Assembly: GCA_038145135.1 (NCBI GenBank)
Contig: JAYQPD010000004.1
Span: 1 to 46,717 of the forward strand
Length of the DNA stretch: 46,717 nucleotides
Source of the DNA: a bacterium
GTDB taxonomy: Bacteria; Patescibacteriota; Minisyncoccia; Phycocordibacterales; UBA918
Direction: 5' to 3'
The notes under the pieces were generated by a model that saw only the letters and a list, made by a program, of their open reading frames with translations, made no database searches and was not told the origin of the DNA. Both the position numbers and the translations under genes were made by a program. This document shows, piece by piece, positions 44,392-46,717 of this stretch. Each line of letters opens with the position of its first letter. The first letter of the stretch is position 1.

Positions 44392-45633
44392 ATGCCGCCG
44401 ACACAAACCAAGGGTGAGCCGCTTTTGTTTGTACGTATTATCACGTATACGATTGTTGTTGTAGCCGTTGGAATTCTCGCCGTAGCTCTGTACCCATGGT
44501 ATCTCGCGAATCAGATCAAAACTGCAACGATCATCTTCAGCGCCCCACTCTCACTTGAGAGTACCACCGTGTCAGAGAATAGCGCGTTGTTGGCTCTTGA
44601 AGAACATAATTATCAAGCGGGAGACATCACCTTATATTTCACCACCTATGACGACGGTGATCCGAGTGGCGGGTGGGATGAAACAAAAGAGGCAGCTAAT
44701 GCAAAACGTGCCGCTGAGGATTCAACTGTGGTTGCATATTTAGGACCACTTAACAGTGGAGCTGCTAAGGTGTCGATGCCTATCCTTAACGCTGCCGGCA
44801 TCCTTCAGATCTCACCTTCAAATACATGGCCTGGGCTCACAAAACCAGGCTTTCTGACCGGCGAGCCAAGTATCTTTTATCCAAATGGAACACGACACTA
44901 TTTCAGAACTGCTACCACTGACGATCTTCAAGGACCTGCGGGAGCCCGGTGGGCAGAGAAACTAGGATATGATCGTGTCTATGTGGTCGACGATGGTGAT
45001 TCATATGGTGTCGGCATTGCACGACTCTTTGAGCGAGGGTTGCGAGATCGGGGTATCACTGTGGTCAAGCATGAGAGTGTCTCTGCTGATAAAGAAGTAT
45101 ATGAGCGTATAGCAAATGACATTCTTTCTTCTCACGCCAACCTTGTGTACTACGGAGGTATCACACCCAATGGGGGTCCTGAACTTTTGAAGACATTACG
45201 TGATAAGGGTTCACAAGTTGCATTCATGGGACCTGACGGCATCTTCGAACAAGACTTCTTAGATCGAGCCGGTCACCACGCTTCTGAGGGACTTATGCTC
45301 ACTGCGATCGGAATTCCACCCGAATCGGTCGATACGCCAAAAGCCAAAGATTTTGTTATGCGTTACACAAAACGTTTTGGCGGAGCGCCTGACGTCTTCG
45401 GTGCCCTTACCTATGACGCAATGAATGCTGTCATCGAAAGTATAGAGCAAGCAGGGCGTGTCAATCGACGAGACATACTGAACGCCATGAAAGATATACA
45501 GAAGCACGAGGGTGTCTTTGGACCATACTCATTCACCAATGAAGGGGACACCTCGCTCCATCTCATCAGTGCGAATGTGGTGAGGGATGGTGAGTTTGTG
45601 TACGAGGAGACACTCGATACCGTGCATGAATGA
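44392..45633 (+). CDS. Membrane-anchored periplasmic-binding-protein-fold (LivJ-like, type 1 / Peripla_BP_6-like) substrate-binding protein
   Basis: TM helix IITYTIVVVAVGILAVALYPW, then VVAYLGPLNSGAAKVSMPILNAAGILQISPSNTWPGLTK and ..RVYVVDDGDSYGVG.. typical of branched-chain-amino-acid-type binding proteins. Start at ATG 44392 (TATACT 8 nt upstream) rather than the track's GTG 44359. Confidence 0.75.
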   Translation: MPPTQTKGEPLLFVRIITYTIVVVAVGILAVALYPWYLANQIKTATIIFSAPLSLESTTVSENSALLALEEHNYQAGDITLYFTTYDDGDPSGGWDETKEAANAKRAAEDSTVVAYLGPLNSGAAKVSMPILNAAGILQISPSNTWPGLTKPGFLTGEPSIFYPNGTRHYFRTATTDDLQGPAGARWAEKLGYDRVYVVDDGDSYGVGIARLFERGLRDRGITVVKHESVSADKEVYERIANDILSSHANLVYYGGITPNGGPELLKTLRDKGSQVAFMGPDGIFEQDFLDRAGHHASEGLMLTAIGIPPESVDTPKAKDFVMRYTKRFGGAPDVFGALTYDAMNAVIESIEQAGRVNRRDILNAMKDIQKHEGVFGPYSFTNEGDTSLHLISANVVRDGEFVYEETLDTVHE

Positions 45634-46717
45634 CACACTTCAAAACCCCATACCACGCATCCCATTCCGGCAGCGACTGGCGGTACGCTTGTTAACGCCG
45701 CTCGTCTTACTGGTTCTTTCTCTTGTCTCAGTCATCTCTCTTCTGGTGTGGTACAGCTATCGTGGCGATGTTTCTGCAGGGGAAAAGGTGCCGGTTGAGA
45801 TCGCAGAGACAATGAATGAACGCATTGAGAATTTCTACACACTCGAAAAACAAAACCTATCCCTCGCAGTGAGAAGCATCTCCCTCTCCTCATTTGGTGA
45901 GCGCGACCGTCTATTTCTCTCACGCCTAGTGGAGGATGATTCTGCGGTCAATGAGATCGTTCTCACCAACGCAACGGGGACAGTCATATTCAGGACCGTT
46001 AAATCAACCGCACAATCTATTGTTTCAGTCTCGGACCCTGAGTTCATTAAAAGTAGGGATCGTGTCATCGTGTCGAGATCTCAAGACATCACAGAACCAT
46101 ACGTCTCAGAGTACAACACCCCCTATCTCCTTTGGACAGTGCCAATCTACGATAACGAAGGGGCGATTCAAGCACTGCTCACTGCAGTGATCGACGTCTC
46201 GACATTTTGGAGTTTTTCTTCAAGCATTTCATCCACTGATATTCCGAATACCCTGGTCGTCGTGTCCACGAGCGGAGGGGCTGTGCTCGTCTCGAGTCAA
46301 CGAGCCGTTCTCACCGGTCACGAAGATCGGATCAGAGATATTTTGTTCAACCATAGCGGTTCGGGTAGTGTCGAACATTACAGTGGTGTCCTCGGAAGCA
46401 GTGTGGTCGGGAGAGTGCTCGAAGTCAAATCCTTTAACTGGTATGTCATAGCTGAGGTGCCTGTGCGTGAACTTATGGTTGCAACAGAACGAAACATTGT
46501 GATCCTTGTAGGTATGTTACTTCTCATCACACTCCTTGCTGTGTATACATTCTTTTCGTTTGAATTCTACCTGAGTCGTCCTCTCGCAGAGCTTTCTCTC
46601 GGCGTCTATGCACTGAGGCAAGGCAACAACAAGACCAGGATAGCACTCAAGGTCCAAAATGAACTTTCACGGTTTTCTGAGGTTTTGAACATAATGGCCA
46701 AGAACGATGATTGTCCA
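45626..46717 (+). CDS. Sensor protein N-terminal part (TM, Cache-like extracytoplasmic domain, TM, start of HAMP); 3' end lies outside the window
   Basis: It is not in the supplied track because it has no stop codon in the window. Hand translation from ATG 45626 gives 364 sense codons: MNDTLQNPIPRIPFRQRLAVRLLTPLVLLVLSLVSVISLLVWY...NEIVLTNATGTVIF...ITEPYVSEYNTPYLLWTVPIYDNEGAIQALLTAVIDVS...IVILVGMLLLITLLAVYTFFSF..SRPLAELSLGVYALRQGN..ELSRFSEVLNIMA. It overlaps the preceding CDS by 8 nt (ATGAATGA). Confidence 0.75.
   Translation, partial: MNDTLQNPIPRIPFRQRLAVRLLTPLVLLVLSLVSVISLLVWYSYRGDVSAGEKVPVEIAETMNERIENFYTLEKQNLSLAVRSISLSSFGERDRLFLSRLVEDDSAVNEIVLTNATGTVIFRTVKSTAQSIVSVSDPEFIKSRDRVIVSRSQDITEPYVSEYNTPYLLWTVPIYDNEGAIQALLTAVIDVSTFWSFSSSISSTDIPNTLVVVSTSGGAVLVSSQRAVLTGHEDRIRDILFNHSGSGSVEHYSGVLGSSVVGRVLEVKSFNWYVIAEVPVRELMVATERNIVILVGMLLLITLLAVYTFFSFEFYLSRPLAELSLGVYALRQGNNKTRIALKVQNELSRFSEVLNIMAKNDDCP

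Noticed and set aside
676-45665. All minus-strand ORFs in the track (for example 6305..6820, 7529..8023, 12144..12446, 22626..23000, 25311..25811, 28167..28562, 32027..32500, 33625..34113, 42677..43252, 43597..43941)
   Set aside because: Each is fully embedded antisense in a longer + strand CDS that has recognisable domains. Their sequences are Ser/Arg/Thr/Val-rich mirror images typical of antisense frames. None has a recognisable motif.
1-46717. Alternative genetic code (UGA recoding, as in some CPR lineages)
   Set aside because: TGA cleanly terminates well-supported ORFs (for example 5904, 15201, 16853, 30801, 40467, 45633), and the next gene starts at or next to each stop. No long ORF needs read-through.

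Overview
This 46.7-kb window has 25 credible CDS, all on the + strand, and one of them is open at the right edge. The genetic code looks standard, since TGA, TAA and TAG all close good ORFs. The gene content suggests a small-genome Patescibacteria/CPR-like bacterium, but that is inference only. It rests on cohesin-like membrane proteins, huge Thr/Ser/Gly-rich surface proteins, tiny or overlapping gene junctions, almost no Shine-Dalgarno motifs, and scattered housekeeping genes (gdh, rarA, tgt, uvrB). Layout: (1) 1-561 is a hairpin-dense tandem noncoding repeat array cut by the window edge. (2) 664-5268 encodes three membrane-anchored cohesin-like proteins, the third with a dockerin-like C-terminus, plus a coiled-coil membrane protein. 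(3) 5497-16853 is a tightly coupled operon: a membrane-tethered HTH protein, an acidic beta-propeller protein, a 2060-aa modular surface protein, and two DUF916/DUF3324 (CscA)-like anchors. This resembles the WxL/Csc surface-complex loci of Firmicutes. (4) 16886-19219 encodes a small membrane protein, a TlpA-like thioredoxin and glutamate dehydrogenase. (5) 19315-30801 encodes a 3828-aa fibre protein built from mosaic repeat modules, including a perfect 511-bp in-frame direct repeat. Near its C-terminus is a phage tail-spike-type S74 intramolecular-chaperone domain, and the gene is coupled (TGATG) to a polytopic membrane protein (30801-33158). (6) 33211-46717 encodes rarA, an AI-2E permease, CapA, FKBP, tgt, two coupled secreted proteins, uvrB, and a LivJ-like binding protein overlapping a Cache/HAMP sensor. 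That sensor is absent from the supplied ORF track because it runs off the window. A recurrent TAnnnT -10-like hexamer lies 5-9 nt upstream of the ATG of most operon-first genes, which suggests leaderless mRNAs. No tRNA, rRNA, CRISPR array, transposase, integrase or reverse transcriptase was recognised.
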